NCBI RefSeq assembly: GCF_000011805.1
Contig: NC_006840.2
Direction: 5' to 3' (one strand)
DNA: 32,000 nt
Source of the DNA: Aliivibrio fischeri ES114
GTDB taxonomy: Bacteria; Pseudomonadota; Gammaproteobacteria; Enterobacterales; Vibrionaceae
In this document: positions 10,836 to 21,330 of the stretch, in pieces
Layout of the letters: each line of letters begins with the position of its first letter
How positions within the stretch are numbered: the stretch's first letter is position 1
Program-made: the position numbers and the translations under genes
The notes under the pieces: model-generated
What the model was told of the DNA's origin: nothing
What the model saw: the letters and a program-made list of their open reading frames with translations, nothing else
The model's database searches: none

Positions 10836-11670
10836 ATGGAAAAGAAAATACTATTAACGGATTGCCCTGATTCTCGTGGGCTAATAGCAAAAATAACCAA
10901 CATTTGTTACAAACATCAGCTAAACATTGCTTCATAACAATGAATACGTTGATAACGTAACAGGTCAGTTTTTTATGAGAACAGAGCTAGAGGGCATTTT
11001 TAATGATGTCACTTTCCTAGCAGATATTGATGAAGCACTCCCATCAGGAAGTCATCGTAAATTGGTGACTGAGCCACGAAAAAAAGTGGTTATTCTCGTC
11101 ACTAAAGAAGCACACTGTATTGGTGATATTCTAATTAAAGCCTATTCTGGTGCGATGAATATCGATATTGCTGCAGTTGTGGGAAATCACGATGTATTAG
11201 GCGGCCTCATTGAAAAGTTCGATATCCCTTTTCACTACGTTTCCCATGAAGGGCTATCACGCGAAGAGCATGAAGAGAAAATGCTTGAAGTGATTAACTC
11301 TTATGAACCAGAATACGTTGTATTAGCAAAATATATGCGTGTATTAACACCAAACTTTGTTGCTCAATTCCCTAAAAAAATCATTAACATCCACCACAGT
11401 TTCTTACCTGCTTTCATTGGAGCAAAACCTTATCAGCAAGCTTATGACCGCGGTGTAAAAATCATTGGTGCCACCGCACACTTTGTAACGAATGATTTAG
11501 ATGAAGGTCCAATCATTAAACAAGATGTTATCCCTGTGGATCACAACTTTAGTGCTGAAGATATGGCAATGGCTGGTCGTGACGTAGAGAAATCAGTATT
11601 GAGTAAAGCGCTAACAAAAGTATTGAACGATCACGTTTTTGTTTACGGCAATAAAACCGTTATTCTTTAA
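10836..11670 (+). pseudogene. purU: Formyltetrahydrofolate deformylase PurU with a broken reading frame (frameshift or indel error)
   Basis: The ATG at 10836 encodes MEKKILLTDCPDSRGLIAKITNICYKHQLNIAS and then hits TAA at 10935-10937. The remainder (track ORF 10927..11670: LHNNEYVDNVTGQFFMRTELEG...HHSFLPAF...) is in the +1 frame. Together the two pieces are colinear with full-length PurU (ACT domain plus formyltransferase domain). Confidence 0.75.
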
Positions 11671-11683
11671 AGACTGAAATAAG

Positions 11684-11717
11684 AAACGGCGATCATTATG
11701 ATCGCCGTTTTTATTTT
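11684..11717. terminator. Rho-independent terminator shared by convergent purU and the 11728 hydrolase
   Basis: The inverted repeat aaacggcgatcat / atgatcgccgttt (11684-11710) is followed by tttttattttt. An A-rich tract precedes it for the opposite direction. Confidence 0.65.
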
Positions 11718-11727
11718 TAATTCATTG

Positions 11728-12543
11728 TTATTGAGCCGCAATAAACTCTATTGCGTATTTATTAAATTCTTTTGGTCTATCAATATTACACACATGCCCA
11801 CATTCAGGGATTTGTAATAGCTGACTGTGTTGGTGTACTGCCACCATCTCTTCCACTGGTTTCATAAACAAATAATCATTTGCTCCCATCAAATAAAGTG
11901 TTGGGATCGCTAACTCTTTATCTTTGAAGTAACGCATTAACGGATTCACGTCAGCAGCTAATTTAAACCAACGCTTAAACTCTTTTTGACACAATTTTTT
12001 AGCTTCACGAGTGAACACATGTCGAGATTCTTTTTGGCTTTTTTGCGGCATCACCACATAAGAAAACAACTTATAAAGCCACATATAAGGCATGATATTC
12101 TTTGTCATATCGCCCATTTTAATCAAAAACTGAGAGCGAAAATTAAAACGAGTAATCGCTCCAGCTAATACCATTGAGCTTACACGGTCTTGTGCTAATT
12201 CAGCCAAGTTTCGAATAATAATCGTACCAAGAGACATACCAACAAAGTGCGCAGATTTAATATTAAGATGATCAAGTACATCTAAAATATCCTGACTTAC
12301 CACTTTAAAAGAATACTGTTTATTGATGAATTCTTTGATTTGGGAGAAATGGTTCGAACGTCCATGACCACGTAAATCAATGAGCAATACATTAAAATTC
12401 TTTCTAAAAGCAGCGATTTGCTTAAACCATGTTGTTGAGCTTCCACCCGCACCATGGACAAACACTACCCACTTAGAGCTCGATTCATGCTCATAGGTTC
12501 TATGGAATAATAAAGACTCAGACATCCTTTCAACTTCATTCAA
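11728..12543 (-). CDS. Alpha/beta-fold hydrolase
   Basis: 271 aa from TTG at 12543 (an alternative ATG at 12525 gives MSESLLF...). Motifs are HGAGGSS and the nucleophile elbow GMSLGT, with a C-terminal His (CGHVCNIDRP). Confidence 0.75.
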   Translation of the reverse strand: MNEVERMSESLLFHRTYEHESSSKWVVFVHGAGGSSTTWFKQIAAFRKNFNVLLIDLRGHGRSNHFSQIKEFINKQYSFKVVSQDILDVLDHLNIKSAHFVGMSLGTIIIRNLAELAQDRVSSMVLAGAITRFNFRSQFLIKMGDMTKNIMPYMWLYKLFSYVVMPQKSQKESRHVFTREAKKLCQKEFKRWFKLAADVNPLMRYFKDKELAIPTLYLMGANDYLFMKPVEEMVAVHQHSQLLQIPECGHVCNIDRPKEFNKYAIEFIAAQ

Positions 12544-12689
12544 AATTTACGTTAACATTGACTATAGCATTTCAAATAGAAGATGAATACTTCACACTGC
12601 ATTTCCCATCACAGCATTAATATATTCATACAAAAATAATCTAACTATCTGATTATAAAAATCAATAAGAGTGATTACTCTATAGTTAT

Positions 12690-13505
12690 CTATTTTCCCT
12701 GCTGCTCTTTTCTAAACTGTTCAGGAGTGACTCCCGTATGTTTACGAAACATCTTAATAAAAGAGGAACCTTGGCTATAGCCTAATTGATATGCAATTTC
12801 ATTGATTGATATAGCATCTTTTAACAAAACCATAGCCTTCGCTAATTTAGCCCTCTGACGCCAATCATTAAAACTCATTTTCAACTCTTTTTGAAAGCGC
12901 CTTGCCAAGGTTCTTTCAGTACTAAACACCCGCTTTGCCCATATTTCTAAACTTGAATCATCAGCAGGATTTTCTTGTAGTTGCATTAAAATAGGCGCTA
13001 ATAATTTATCATCCGTAAAAGGAAGATAGTTTTCTATTGGATTGGTTTTTGATAAACGCTCTATCAGAACATGACTTAAATATTTATCTTCTGTGCTAAG
13101 AACTTCTGTGGTTTGACGCTCAACAAGATCATCTACTATAGCCCTTAATAATGGCGTTAAAGGAAACATACAAGCGCTAGTAGGCAACTTCTGACTCAAT
13201 TCAAATTCAATATTAATCGCACAATATTCAACATCATTATGATTAAACGCACGATGCAATAAATGCGCTGGCGTCCAAATCGCATAATTGGCAGGACAAA
13301 ACATTTTTTGCTTATCCACTTCCATTTCAAGTCGCCCTTGCTTAATCAAATGTAACTGACCCCAAGGATGTGAATGCGATAACGTTTCTGTTTTTGCCTC
13401 AAGAAAAAAATAATGAAAAAACACATCCGTTGGCAGGTTTTCATCTAATTGAGGCAGGAATTTTTTATCTGTCATGTTCGCTATGTTAGGTGTCCTAAAT
13501 GGCAT
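12690..13505 (-). CDS. AraC family transcriptional regulator (cupin-like N-domain plus HTH)
   Basis: 271 aa with a C-terminal AraC-type HTH (INEIAYQLGYSQGSSFIKMFRKHTGVTPEQFR). It is divergent from an EamA transporter gene. Confidence 0.85.
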   Translation of the reverse strand: MPFRTPNIANMTDKKFLPQLDENLPTDVFFHYFFLEAKTETLSHSHPWGQLHLIKQGRLEMEVDKQKMFCPANYAIWTPAHLLHRAFNHNDVEYCAINIEFELSQKLPTSACMFPLTPLLRAIVDDLVERQTTEVLSTEDKYLSHVLIERLSKTNPIENYLPFTDDKLLAPILMQLQENPADDSSLEIWAKRVFSTERTLARRFQKELKMSFNDWRQRAKLAKAMVLLKDAISINEIAYQLGYSQGSSFIKMFRKHTGVTPEQFRKEQQGK

Positions 13506-13563
13506 ACAACTCTGCTCGCTATTGATGTGACAATTCTATCAATTATTTCTGATAGAGGTTTTT

Positions 13564-14457
13564 ATGACTATCTTCTTCCCTATTACAGCCGTATTTATCT
13601 GGGCTACAAATGCCGTGATAAGTAAACTCGCTACAGAGGCAATCGAACCTGGTGCTATCGCATTCTATCGCTGGTTTTTTGCTATATTTATCTTGCTGCC
13701 TTTTTGTATAAAACCTGTATGGCAACAAAGGCAACAGATTAAAGCTCACTTAGGTAAGTTAACCATACTGGCTTCATTAGGTATGGTGCTAAACCAATGC
13801 CTTGCTTACTACGCCGCTCATACAACAAGCGCAACCAACATCGCTGTCTTTTTATCACTGATGCCTTTATTTGGATTATTCCTAGCCGTTCCTTTATTAG
13901 GTAATAAACTTAAAAAACAAGCGTTAATTGGCGCTATCATTTCGTTTTCAGGGCTTATTTATATGCTAAGTGAAGGAAACCCAATGAGCTTATTATCAAA
14001 TGGAATAAAACAAGGTGATGGCTTAATGTTTATCTCAAGTTTGGCTTATGCTTTATATTCCGTTTTACTTAATAAATGGAAACTTCCGTTGGCACCTTGG
14101 ACTTCCGTTTTTTGCCAAGTCGTTATTGGTGCTGCACTTCAGTTACCTTTATTATTAACAAGTGACTCTTATATGATCAACCATACCGCACTACCTATGG
14201 TTCTATTTGCTGCCGCTTTTGCTTCTGTTATTGCACCATGGTGTTGGCTGCAAGGCGTACAAAGAATTGGATCTTCACAAGCTACGCTATTTATGAATTT
14301 AGTGCCTGTATTTACTGTAATAGTCAGCTTTATTTTTCTGGGTAAAGTTCCAACTTGGTATCACTTAATTGGAGGAAGTGCTGTACTTATTGGCTTACTC
14401 TTAGCTCAAGTAAAAATCACATCAATGCAAACTGCACTCTCAGAAAAAGTTGTTTAA
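13564..14457 (+). CDS. DMT superfamily (EamA-like) transporter
   Basis: 297 aa with about 10 hydrophobic segments and the duplicated EamA architecture. An AGAGG RBS precedes the start. Confidence 0.85.
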   Translation: MTIFFPITAVFIWATNAVISKLATEAIEPGAIAFYRWFFAIFILLPFCIKPVWQQRQQIKAHLGKLTILASLGMVLNQCLAYYAAHTTSATNIAVFLSLMPLFGLFLAVPLLGNKLKKQALIGAIISFSGLIYMLSEGNPMSLLSNGIKQGDGLMFISSLAYALYSVLLNKWKLPLAPWTSVFCQVVIGAALQLPLLLTSDSYMINHTALPMVLFAAAFASVIAPWCWLQGVQRIGSSQATLFMNLVPVFTVIVSFIFLGKVPTWYHLIGGSAVLIGLLLAQVKITSMQTALSEKVV

Positions 14458-14521
14458 TGTCAGGCAGCACAAGCAATTATCAAAGAATATGCACCTCTAA
14501 CTATAAAGAGGTGCATCACTT

Positions 14522-15694
14522 TTATTCAGTCAACTCTTTAACCGCAGAAATCAGCGCCATAAGCCCTTTTTCTACTTTTTCTCTTGGACAACCTAAATTC
14601 AAACGGACAAAATATTTCCCAACCTCACCATAGGTACTCCCTTGCATTATCGCTACCTTATGTTTCTTAATAAGACACTGATTTAGTTTATCCATATCAA
14701 TAGAAAGCGAAGATAGATCAATCCAAGCAAGATAAGTTGCATCTGGAATTTGGTAACCAACGCTCGGTAACTGTTCTGCTAAGGTTTGTGCAACATAATG
14801 ATGATTTTCATAAAGATAGGTTTTTAATTCGTCTAACCAAGGCGCTCCTTTTTGATACGCCGCCATTAAACCAATAACACCAAGGATCGATGGTGATGAT
14901 AAGCCATCGACTTGCTTAAGATTAAACAGGTAATTATCTCGTGCCGATTCTTCTGCAATAAATGCATAAGATCCATTTAGCGCAGGGATATTAAATGATT
15001 TTGATGCTGAACTGACTAACGCCCAACGTTCCCCTGCACCAAAACCCTGCCATGGCGTATGAGGCTTAAATGAAACATCCATGTGGATCTCATCACTAAT
15101 CACAGCCACATTATGCTTTTGACACAACGAAGCCATACGAGTTAATTCCGCAGATGTCCAAACCCTTCCCGTTGGATTATGCGGGCTACATAGAAGCAAA
15201 ATCGTGTTATTTGGATCCGCTAACTGTGTTTCAAATTGTTCCCAATTAATCTGATAACCAGAGTCCGTTGCTTGTAACTTATTGGCGACGATTGTACGCC
15301 CTAACCCTAAAATCATTTTGTCAAAAGCATCATAAGCAGGAGTATGGATAATCACCCCTTGATTCGGTTGACTCCATTCACGTATTAATTGAGAAACAAT
15401 ATAAATAACGGAAGGACCATACACTAAATGATCATCATTAAACTCAGCATCAAAACGGCTCTTAAACCAATGGATAACAGCTTCTTTAAAATCACTGTGA
15501 TTCCATCGACTATAGCCAAACACAGGATGATTGATACGAGAGTTTAAGGCTTCAATCACAGCAGGAGGTGCTGCAAAATCCATATCCGAAATAGTAAATG
15601 GAAGCAAATCCGCCTCCCCAAATCGATCCTCAACATAATCCCATTGAGTGCAGTAACTGCCTTTACGATTAATCTGTTCAGAGAAATTAAACAT
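14522..15694 (-). CDS. malY: PLP-dependent cystathionine beta-lyase / maltose regulon modulator MalY
   Basis: The track ORF extends to 15766, but the ATG at 15694 gives MFNFSEQINRKGSYCTQWDYVEDRFGEADLLPFTISDMDFA, colinear with the E. coli MalY N-terminus. The PLP-lysine motif SASKSFN is present, and the gene lies downstream of malX. Confidence 0.88.
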   Translation of the reverse strand: MFNFSEQINRKGSYCTQWDYVEDRFGEADLLPFTISDMDFAAPPAVIEALNSRINHPVFGYSRWNHSDFKEAVIHWFKSRFDAEFNDDHLVYGPSVIYIVSQLIREWSQPNQGVIIHTPAYDAFDKMILGLGRTIVANKLQATDSGYQINWEQFETQLADPNNTILLLCSPHNPTGRVWTSAELTRMASLCQKHNVAVISDEIHMDVSFKPHTPWQGFGAGERWALVSSASKSFNIPALNGSYAFIAEESARDNYLFNLKQVDGLSSPSILGVIGLMAAYQKGAPWLDELKTYLYENHHYVAQTLAEQLPSVGYQIPDATYLAWIDLSSLSIDMDKLNQCLIKKHKVAIMQGSTYGEVGKYFVRLNLGCPREKVEKGLMALISAVKELTE

Positions 15695-15816
15695 AGGTAA
15701 ATACTCCCAAAAAACAATCCAGAAATAGAAACAAAAAGAAAAAGCGGAGTTAAATAAACTCCGCAATGAATACCAACCTAAACATAGATTAACGACTTAT
15801 CTAGATTGGCATCGAA

Positions 15817-17394
15817 CTAAGCTGGCGTTGCCATTAATGATTGAATTTCATTTTTAACCATATGAACTTGAGTACCAATAACCACTTGTAAACTGTGTTC
15901 ATCAAGTTTCACAACACCAAGAGCACCGTAAGCCTTTAGTTCCGCATCATTTACCAGTCTCATATCAGCAACGGTTAAACGTAAACGTGTAATACAGTTA
16001 TCAAGTGAAGTAATGTTTTCTGCACCACCAAGAGCCGAAAGGATTAACGCCCCTTTACCGCCTTCAGTCGCTAGAATCGTTTCAGCTTCAGCCGATACAG
16101 GAACTTCGTTTGTTTCACGTCCAGGAGTTTTCAAATTGAACTTAAGAATCGCAAACTTAAATACGAAGTAGTAAATAGTGAACCAAACACCAGCAACAAC
16201 AGGAACCAAGTACCATTTCGTTGCAGTACCTTGAAGCACACCAAAGACTAAGAAATCAATAATGTTGCCATCAGTATTACCGATAGTGACATCTAACATC
16301 CCCATTACCATGAAACCTAAGCCCGTTAGCATCGCATGAATGAAATACAGTACTGGAGCAACAAATAGGAATAAGAATTCAAGAGGTTCGGTGATACCAC
16401 CAACGACACAAGCCACAACACCAGAGATTAATAACGCTTTAATCTTGCTTCGGTTTTCAACTTTAGAACAGTGGTACATAGCCAGAGCTGCACCAGGAAG
16501 ACCACCTAAGAAAGCTGGCATCTTACCTTGAGATAAGAAGGCAGTCACAGACGGTGTAAAACCTTGTGTGTCTGGACAAGATAATTCTGAGTAGAAAATA
16601 TTAAGAGCGCCAGATACTGTGTCACCACACACTTCCATCGTGCCGCCCGCTTCAGTAAATCGAATCAGCGCAACTAAAATATGGTGAAGACCGATAGGAA
16701 GCAGTAAACGCTCACCAGCACCAAATAAGAAAGGTCCAAAATCTCCTGCACCTGCTATTGCATAACCAATACCGTTAATGCCAGCTGCAAAATAAGGCCA
16801 AATAAAAGGAACAAGCAGACCAACAACACCAAGTGTAAGTGAAGAGATAATTGGAACAAAACGAGCGCCACCAAAGAAAGCTAACGCATCTGGCATTTTA
16901 AATGTGTAGAAACGAGTATGCAGTTTCGCAACAATAATACCAACGATAACAGCACCTAAAATACCCGTATCAATTGATTCTGTACCCAAAATAGAAGTTA
17001 CACCATATGATTGACGTAAAGCTTCACTATCTAGCGCACCTGTTACGGTTAAATAGAAATTGATTGAAAGGTTAAGCGCGGCGTAACCAACTAGACCTGA
17101 AAATGCTGCAACCCCTTTTTCTTCACGAGCAAGTCCCATTGGAATCGCAATCGCAAACATTACTGGTAAGTAGATAAAAGCCACTAAACCAATTTTTGTC
17201 ATCCAAATGAAGATATATTGAAGAATCACATTATCAAAAAAAGGCATTGCCTCTTTTAAGGCTGCACTAGAAAAAGAGCTCCCGATACCAAGAAGAATAC
17301 CCGAAAAAGCGAGCAAAGCGACAGGAACCATAAAGGTTTTACCTAAGCTCTGTAAGAACTCCCACAGAGTAGTTTTATTAGCTTTTTGTTGCAT
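15817..17394 (-). CDS. malX: PTS maltose/glucose-family EIICB component MalX
   Basis: 525 aa, colinear with E. coli MalX. It has an EIIC membrane domain and an EIIB phospho-Cys motif (LDNCITRLRL). Confidence 0.9.
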   Translation of the reverse strand: MQQKANKTTLWEFLQSLGKTFMVPVALLAFSGILLGIGSSFSSAALKEAMPFFDNVILQYIFIWMTKIGLVAFIYLPVMFAIAIPMGLAREEKGVAAFSGLVGYAALNLSINFYLTVTGALDSEALRQSYGVTSILGTESIDTGILGAVIVGIIVAKLHTRFYTFKMPDALAFFGGARFVPIISSLTLGVVGLLVPFIWPYFAAGINGIGYAIAGAGDFGPFLFGAGERLLLPIGLHHILVALIRFTEAGGTMEVCGDTVSGALNIFYSELSCPDTQGFTPSVTAFLSQGKMPAFLGGLPGAALAMYHCSKVENRSKIKALLISGVVACVVGGITEPLEFLFLFVAPVLYFIHAMLTGLGFMVMGMLDVTIGNTDGNIIDFLVFGVLQGTATKWYLVPVVAGVWFTIYYFVFKFAILKFNLKTPGRETNEVPVSAEAETILATEGGKGALILSALGGAENITSLDNCITRLRLTVADMRLVNDAELKAYGALGVVKLDEHSLQVVIGTQVHMVKNEIQSLMATPA

Positions 17395-17504
17395 AGGATT
17401 TCTCCATTAAATAAATCAAATAGACAACAGGAGGTAATTCAACAGCTTTAAATTTGTTGAGTACGCTTTCGTATTTATCGACACAATACACATGATAAAG
17501 ACAT

Positions 17505-17520
17505 GGTAAAACGTTTTACC
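17505..17520. promoter_or_regulatory. Putative MalI (LacI-family) operator, malX-proximal
   Basis: A perfect 16-bp palindrome ggtaaaacgttttacc with a central CG, as is typical of LacI/GalR operators. Confidence 0.6.
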
Positions 17521-17604
17521 ACTTTTCCTGTGATCACGATCGATATAATTTTTCAATTTATATACAAATGCTATAGAATGAGGAATCTAAAGAAGGTTTT
17601 GTTA

Positions 17605-17620
17605 GGTGAAACGTTTTATC
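17605..17620. promoter_or_regulatory. Putative MalI operator, malI-proximal
   Basis: ggtgaaacgttttatc is a near-copy of the 17505 palindrome. It lies exactly 100 bp away and 23 nt upstream of the malI ATG. Confidence 0.55.
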
Positions 17621-17642
17621 AAAGACAACTAAAAGAAGAATC

Positions 17643-18665
17643 ATGATAAATAAAAAAGCAAATATAAAGGATGTCGCTGAACGTGCTGGGGTTTCTGTAA
17701 CCACGGTTTCGATGGTGCTAAGCGAAAAAGGGCGTATATCTTCTGATACGATTGATAAAGTGAATCAAGCCGTACAAGATTTGGGTTATATAAAAAACCG
17801 TACAGCCTCTAACCTACGCTCACAAAAGTCGACTTTAATAGGCTTAATCTTACGCGACATCAGTGACCCTTATTATGCTGAAGTTGCCGCTGGAATAAGT
17901 GAAGTATTAGAAGAAAAAGGCTATATGCTTTTTCTTGCTCAATCAGGCACAAGCCAAGAAAAATTTGACCAATGTTTAGCAACCATGATTGCTCAAGATA
18001 TTGGTGGGATCATTTTCTGTCCTATTCGTGATTCAGAGCTCCCTAACCTTGATAAAGTGAAAAACGTAGGCCTTCCCATTGTTTGTGTTGCTCGAGCCAA
18101 AATAAATCAACCCATCGATTTTGTTGGTCCTGATAACATGCAAGCAGCTAAAATTGCCACTGAATATCTCATTAAACAAGGACATCGACAAATTGCTTAT
18201 GTTGGTGGACAAAGTGACTCTTTAAGTCGAGCTGAGCGTTTAGGTGGCTATTGCAGCACCCTAATGCAGTTTGGCTTACCATTTAAATCTGAATGGGTTG
18301 TTGAATGCGATAAAAGCCAAACTGCATCGGCAGAAGCGGTAAGTCAATTAATTAATAAAAACCCTAAGATTACTGCGATTCTTTGTCACTATTCATCGAC
18401 AGCTTTTGGTGCAGTATACGGCGTAAATCGAGCTAATCGCAGTGTAGGTAAAGATAACTACATTGGTCAACAAGTTGCTATTATTGGATTTGATGATGTA
18501 CCTGAAGCTGAACTTATTCAACCATCACTTACTTTTGTATCCTCACCGATACGAGATATTGGTCGCCAAGCAGGTCATCGATTAATAAATCAAATCAATG
18601 ATAAAGGCAGTGTGCCTCAAAGTTTAATCTTAAGCCCTGAGTTAATTGCTCGTAATTCTGCATAA
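17643..18665 (+). CDS. malI: LacI-family repressor MalI
   Basis: 340 aa with an N-terminal LacI HTH (IKDVAERAGVSVTTVSMVLS) and a periplasmic-binding-protein-like core. It is divergent from malXY, as in E. coli. Confidence 0.85.
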   Translation: MINKKANIKDVAERAGVSVTTVSMVLSEKGRISSDTIDKVNQAVQDLGYIKNRTASNLRSQKSTLIGLILRDISDPYYAEVAAGISEVLEEKGYMLFLAQSGTSQEKFDQCLATMIAQDIGGIIFCPIRDSELPNLDKVKNVGLPIVCVARAKINQPIDFVGPDNMQAAKIATEYLIKQGHRQIAYVGGQSDSLSRAERLGGYCSTLMQFGLPFKSEWVVECDKSQTASAEAVSQLINKNPKITAILCHYSSTAFGAVYGVNRANRSVGKDNYIGQQVAIIGFDDVPEAELIQPSLTFVSSPIRDIGRQAGHRLINQINDKGSVPQSLILSPELIARNSA

Positions 18666-18783
18666 ATAAAAAAGATAACTGAGTTATTAGTGGGAATAAT
18701 ATTAATAACCAAACAAATACATTGATATTAATGTAATAACAAACTAACGTGAAATCTCAACTTCATTTTATTAAGGATAATAT

Positions 18784-18942
18784 ATGAACAAGCTGGTTTT
18801 AATTATTTTATGTGTGTTGCTGCCACCACTTGGGGTTTTCTTTGCCAAAGGTGTAGGTAAAGATCTACTCATCAATATCATATTGACACTTTTATTTTGG
18901 ATCCCAGGAATGGTCCACGCTCTTTGGGTTACGACTCGATAG
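18784..18942 (+). CDS. Pmp3/YqaE family (UPF0057) small membrane proteolipid, 52 aa
   Basis: Absent from the ORF track, probably because it is under 60 aa. Hand translation gives MNKLVLIILCVLLPPLGVFFAKGVGKDLLINIILTLLFWIPGMVHALWVTTR. The LPPLGV and IPG..HA.WV motifs match E. coli YqaE. AAGGA lies upstream and a terminator follows. Confidence 0.8.
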   Translation: MNKLVLIILCVLLPPLGVFFAKGVGKDLLINIILTLLFWIPGMVHALWVTTR

Positions 18943-18948
18943 CAGAAA

Positions 18949-18986
18949 TAAAAAAGCGAAGCTGATGATGGGCTTCGCTCTTGTTT
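18949..18986. terminator. Bidirectional terminator between the pmp3-like gene and metE
   Basis: The stem agcgaagc (18955-18962) / gcttcgct (18972-18979) is flanked by an A-run upstream and cttgttt downstream. Confidence 0.6.
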
Positions 18987-19005
18987 AAAAATATATTATT
19001 GCAAA

Positions 19006-21330
19006 TTAAGCCGCGTTTGATTGCCACTTCTTACGCAGTGCCTTTGCTGCTTTTACCATATTTTCAAGCGCCGCTTCTGTTTCTTTCCAATTTCGAGTTT
19101 TCAGACCACAATCCGGATTCACCCATAAACGCTCTACTGGCACTCTTGCTGCTGCCGTTTCTATGAGGTCAACAATCCACTCTTGGCTTGGAATATTCGG
19201 GGAGTGGATATCATACACACCCGGTCCAATTTCATTTGGATAATTGAAGTCTTCAAACGCTTTCAATAACTCCATATTTGAACGAGACGTTTCAATGGTA
19301 ATCACATCTGCATCTAGCGCTGCCACCGATTCAATAATTTCATTAAACTCGCTATAACACATATGAGTATGAATTTGTGTCTCCGACTTAGCACTGGCCG
19401 CTGAAATCTTAAAGGCTTCAACTGCCCAATCTAAATACGCTTTTTGATCGCTCTTTTTAATGGGTAGTCCTTCACGAATAGCTGGCTCATCAATTTGAAT
19501 AATATTAATGCCCGCTTGCTGAAGATCTGAAACCTCATCACGCAACACCAAAGCTAACTGCTGTGCGATTTCTTTACGTGTAATGTCTTCACGTGGGAAC
19601 GTCCATCCAAGAATAGTGACAGGTCCTGTTAGCATTCCTTTCATTTGTTTGGTTGTTAACGACTGAGCGTACTGTGTCCAGCTCACTGTAATAGGTGCTT
19701 CACGTTCAATATCAGCCACCACAATTGCCGGCTTTACACAACGAGAACCATAACTTTGTACCCAGCCAAATCGTGTTGCTTGAAATCCATTTAGATTTTC
19801 CGCAAAGTATTCAACCATGTCATTACGCTCTGCCTCACCATGCACGAGTACATCCAAATCTAAACGTTCTTGACGCTCTACTGCATCAGCAATATGTCCT
19901 TTCATTGCAGTAACATAATCTTGCTCGTTCAATTTACCTGTACGGTAGGCACTGCGTTGTTGACGAATATCAGAAGTTTGTGGGAATGAACCAATTGTTG
20001 TTGTTGGTAATAATGGTAAGCCCAACTTTTCAGCTTGATGCTGTGCTCGAACAGAATACGCTTCTGCACGCTCGGCTAACGCTGGCGTAATAGCAGCTAA
20101 ACGTTGCTGTACTGCTGGCTTATTAATATGCTCCGCACTCTCACGCTCACGCAGTGGTTGACTGTATTGATGACATGCTAAAATCGCATTTTGATTACCA
20201 TCTAAAGCATCAGCTAGCAGCGTCACCTCTCTTAATTTTTGCTTAGCAAACGCAAACCATTGCAGTGTTTCTTTTGATAGTTCCGTCTCTTGATCTAAAT
20301 CGACGGGGCTATGCAATAATGAACATGAACTTGCGATCCATAATTTATCACCCAACGCTTCTTTTACTGGTTGCAGCCTTTCATGCAAACGTTCTAAATC
20401 GGCACGCCATACATTACGGCCATTAACGGCACCAACGGATAATACCCACTCTTTTGGTAACGCACTCACAATCGCATCTAACTGGTCAGGGGCCGCAGAA
20501 ACATCAATATGTAAACCATTTACTGCAAGTTTTGTAATTTTATCTAAATGATGCTCTACGCCATCAAAATAGGTGGTTAAGAGTAATTTCACATCACTTT
20601 GAATCACTTGATAAGCTAATTTAAAAGAATCCGCCCATGCTTTTGGTAATTCTAATGCGAGAATTGGCTCATCAATTTGAACCCATTCAACACCTAACGC
20701 ACTAAGCTTAGAGAAAATAGCTTGATAAGCGGTCAATAGACGAGGCAATAATGATAAACGATCAAACCCTTGTTCAACCTCTTCATCATTCACTTCTTTA
20801 CCTAACCAAAGGTAGCTAAGTGGGCCTAATAAAACAGGCTTAACATTATGTCCTTGCTTTTGTGCCTCTGCAATCTCATCAAAAAGTTGTGACCAACTGA
20901 CATTAAATTTATCGTTTTTAGAAAATTCCGGCACGATGTAGTGATAATTGGTATTAAACCACTTGGTCATATCCGATGCGGCTTCACCACAACCACAGCT
21001 GTTTTGAGATTGACCACGCCCTACTTTAAATAACGTATCTAAATCAGGGAAACCGTTATTATGACGAGCTGGCACATGTCCTAAGAGTAAACTTGTGGTT
21101 AATACATGATCGTACCAAGCAAAATCACCTGCAGTCACAAAATCCAGTCCTGAAGCGGATTGATCTTTCCAGTGACGTTGTCGTAATTCACTGCCTACAG
21201 CCAATAGTTCTTTCTGTTCTATCTCACCGCGCCAATATTTTTCCTGAGCAAATTTTAATTCTCTCTGAGCACCAACGCGCGGATAACCTAAAATATGAGT
21301 TACTGTCTTTGTCTTCGATTCTGTCGTCAT
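19006..21330 (-). CDS. metE: Cobalamin-independent methionine synthase
   Basis: 774 aa with the N-terminus HILGYPRVG and C-terminal Zn-ligand motifs HMCYSEF and PDCGLKTR. It is divergent from metR. Confidence 0.95.
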   Translation of the reverse strand: MTTESKTKTVTHILGYPRVGAQRELKFAQEKYWRGEIEQKELLAVGSELRQRHWKDQSASGLDFVTAGDFAWYDHVLTTSLLLGHVPARHNNGFPDLDTLFKVGRGQSQNSCGCGEAASDMTKWFNTNYHYIVPEFSKNDKFNVSWSQLFDEIAEAQKQGHNVKPVLLGPLSYLWLGKEVNDEEVEQGFDRLSLLPRLLTAYQAIFSKLSALGVEWVQIDEPILALELPKAWADSFKLAYQVIQSDVKLLLTTYFDGVEHHLDKITKLAVNGLHIDVSAAPDQLDAIVSALPKEWVLSVGAVNGRNVWRADLERLHERLQPVKEALGDKLWIASSCSLLHSPVDLDQETELSKETLQWFAFAKQKLREVTLLADALDGNQNAILACHQYSQPLRERESAEHINKPAVQQRLAAITPALAERAEAYSVRAQHQAEKLGLPLLPTTTIGSFPQTSDIRQQRSAYRTGKLNEQDYVTAMKGHIADAVERQERLDLDVLVHGEAERNDMVEYFAENLNGFQATRFGWVQSYGSRCVKPAIVVADIEREAPITVSWTQYAQSLTTKQMKGMLTGPVTILGWTFPREDITRKEIAQQLALVLRDEVSDLQQAGINIIQIDEPAIREGLPIKKSDQKAYLDWAVEAFKISAASAKSETQIHTHMCYSEFNEIIESVAALDADVITIETSRSNMELLKAFEDFNYPNEIGPGVYDIHSPNIPSQEWIVDLIETAAARVPVERLWVNPDCGLKTRNWKETEAALENMVKAAKALRKKWQSNAA

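Noticed and set aside
10663-10935. A 90-aa minus-strand track ORF spanning the yoaA-purU intergenic region and the purU N-terminus.
   Set aside because: It runs antisense to the recognisable PurU ACT-domain coding sequence and through promoter DNA. It shows no homology signal and has odd composition. It is most likely a chance ORF that looks longer because of the purU frame break.
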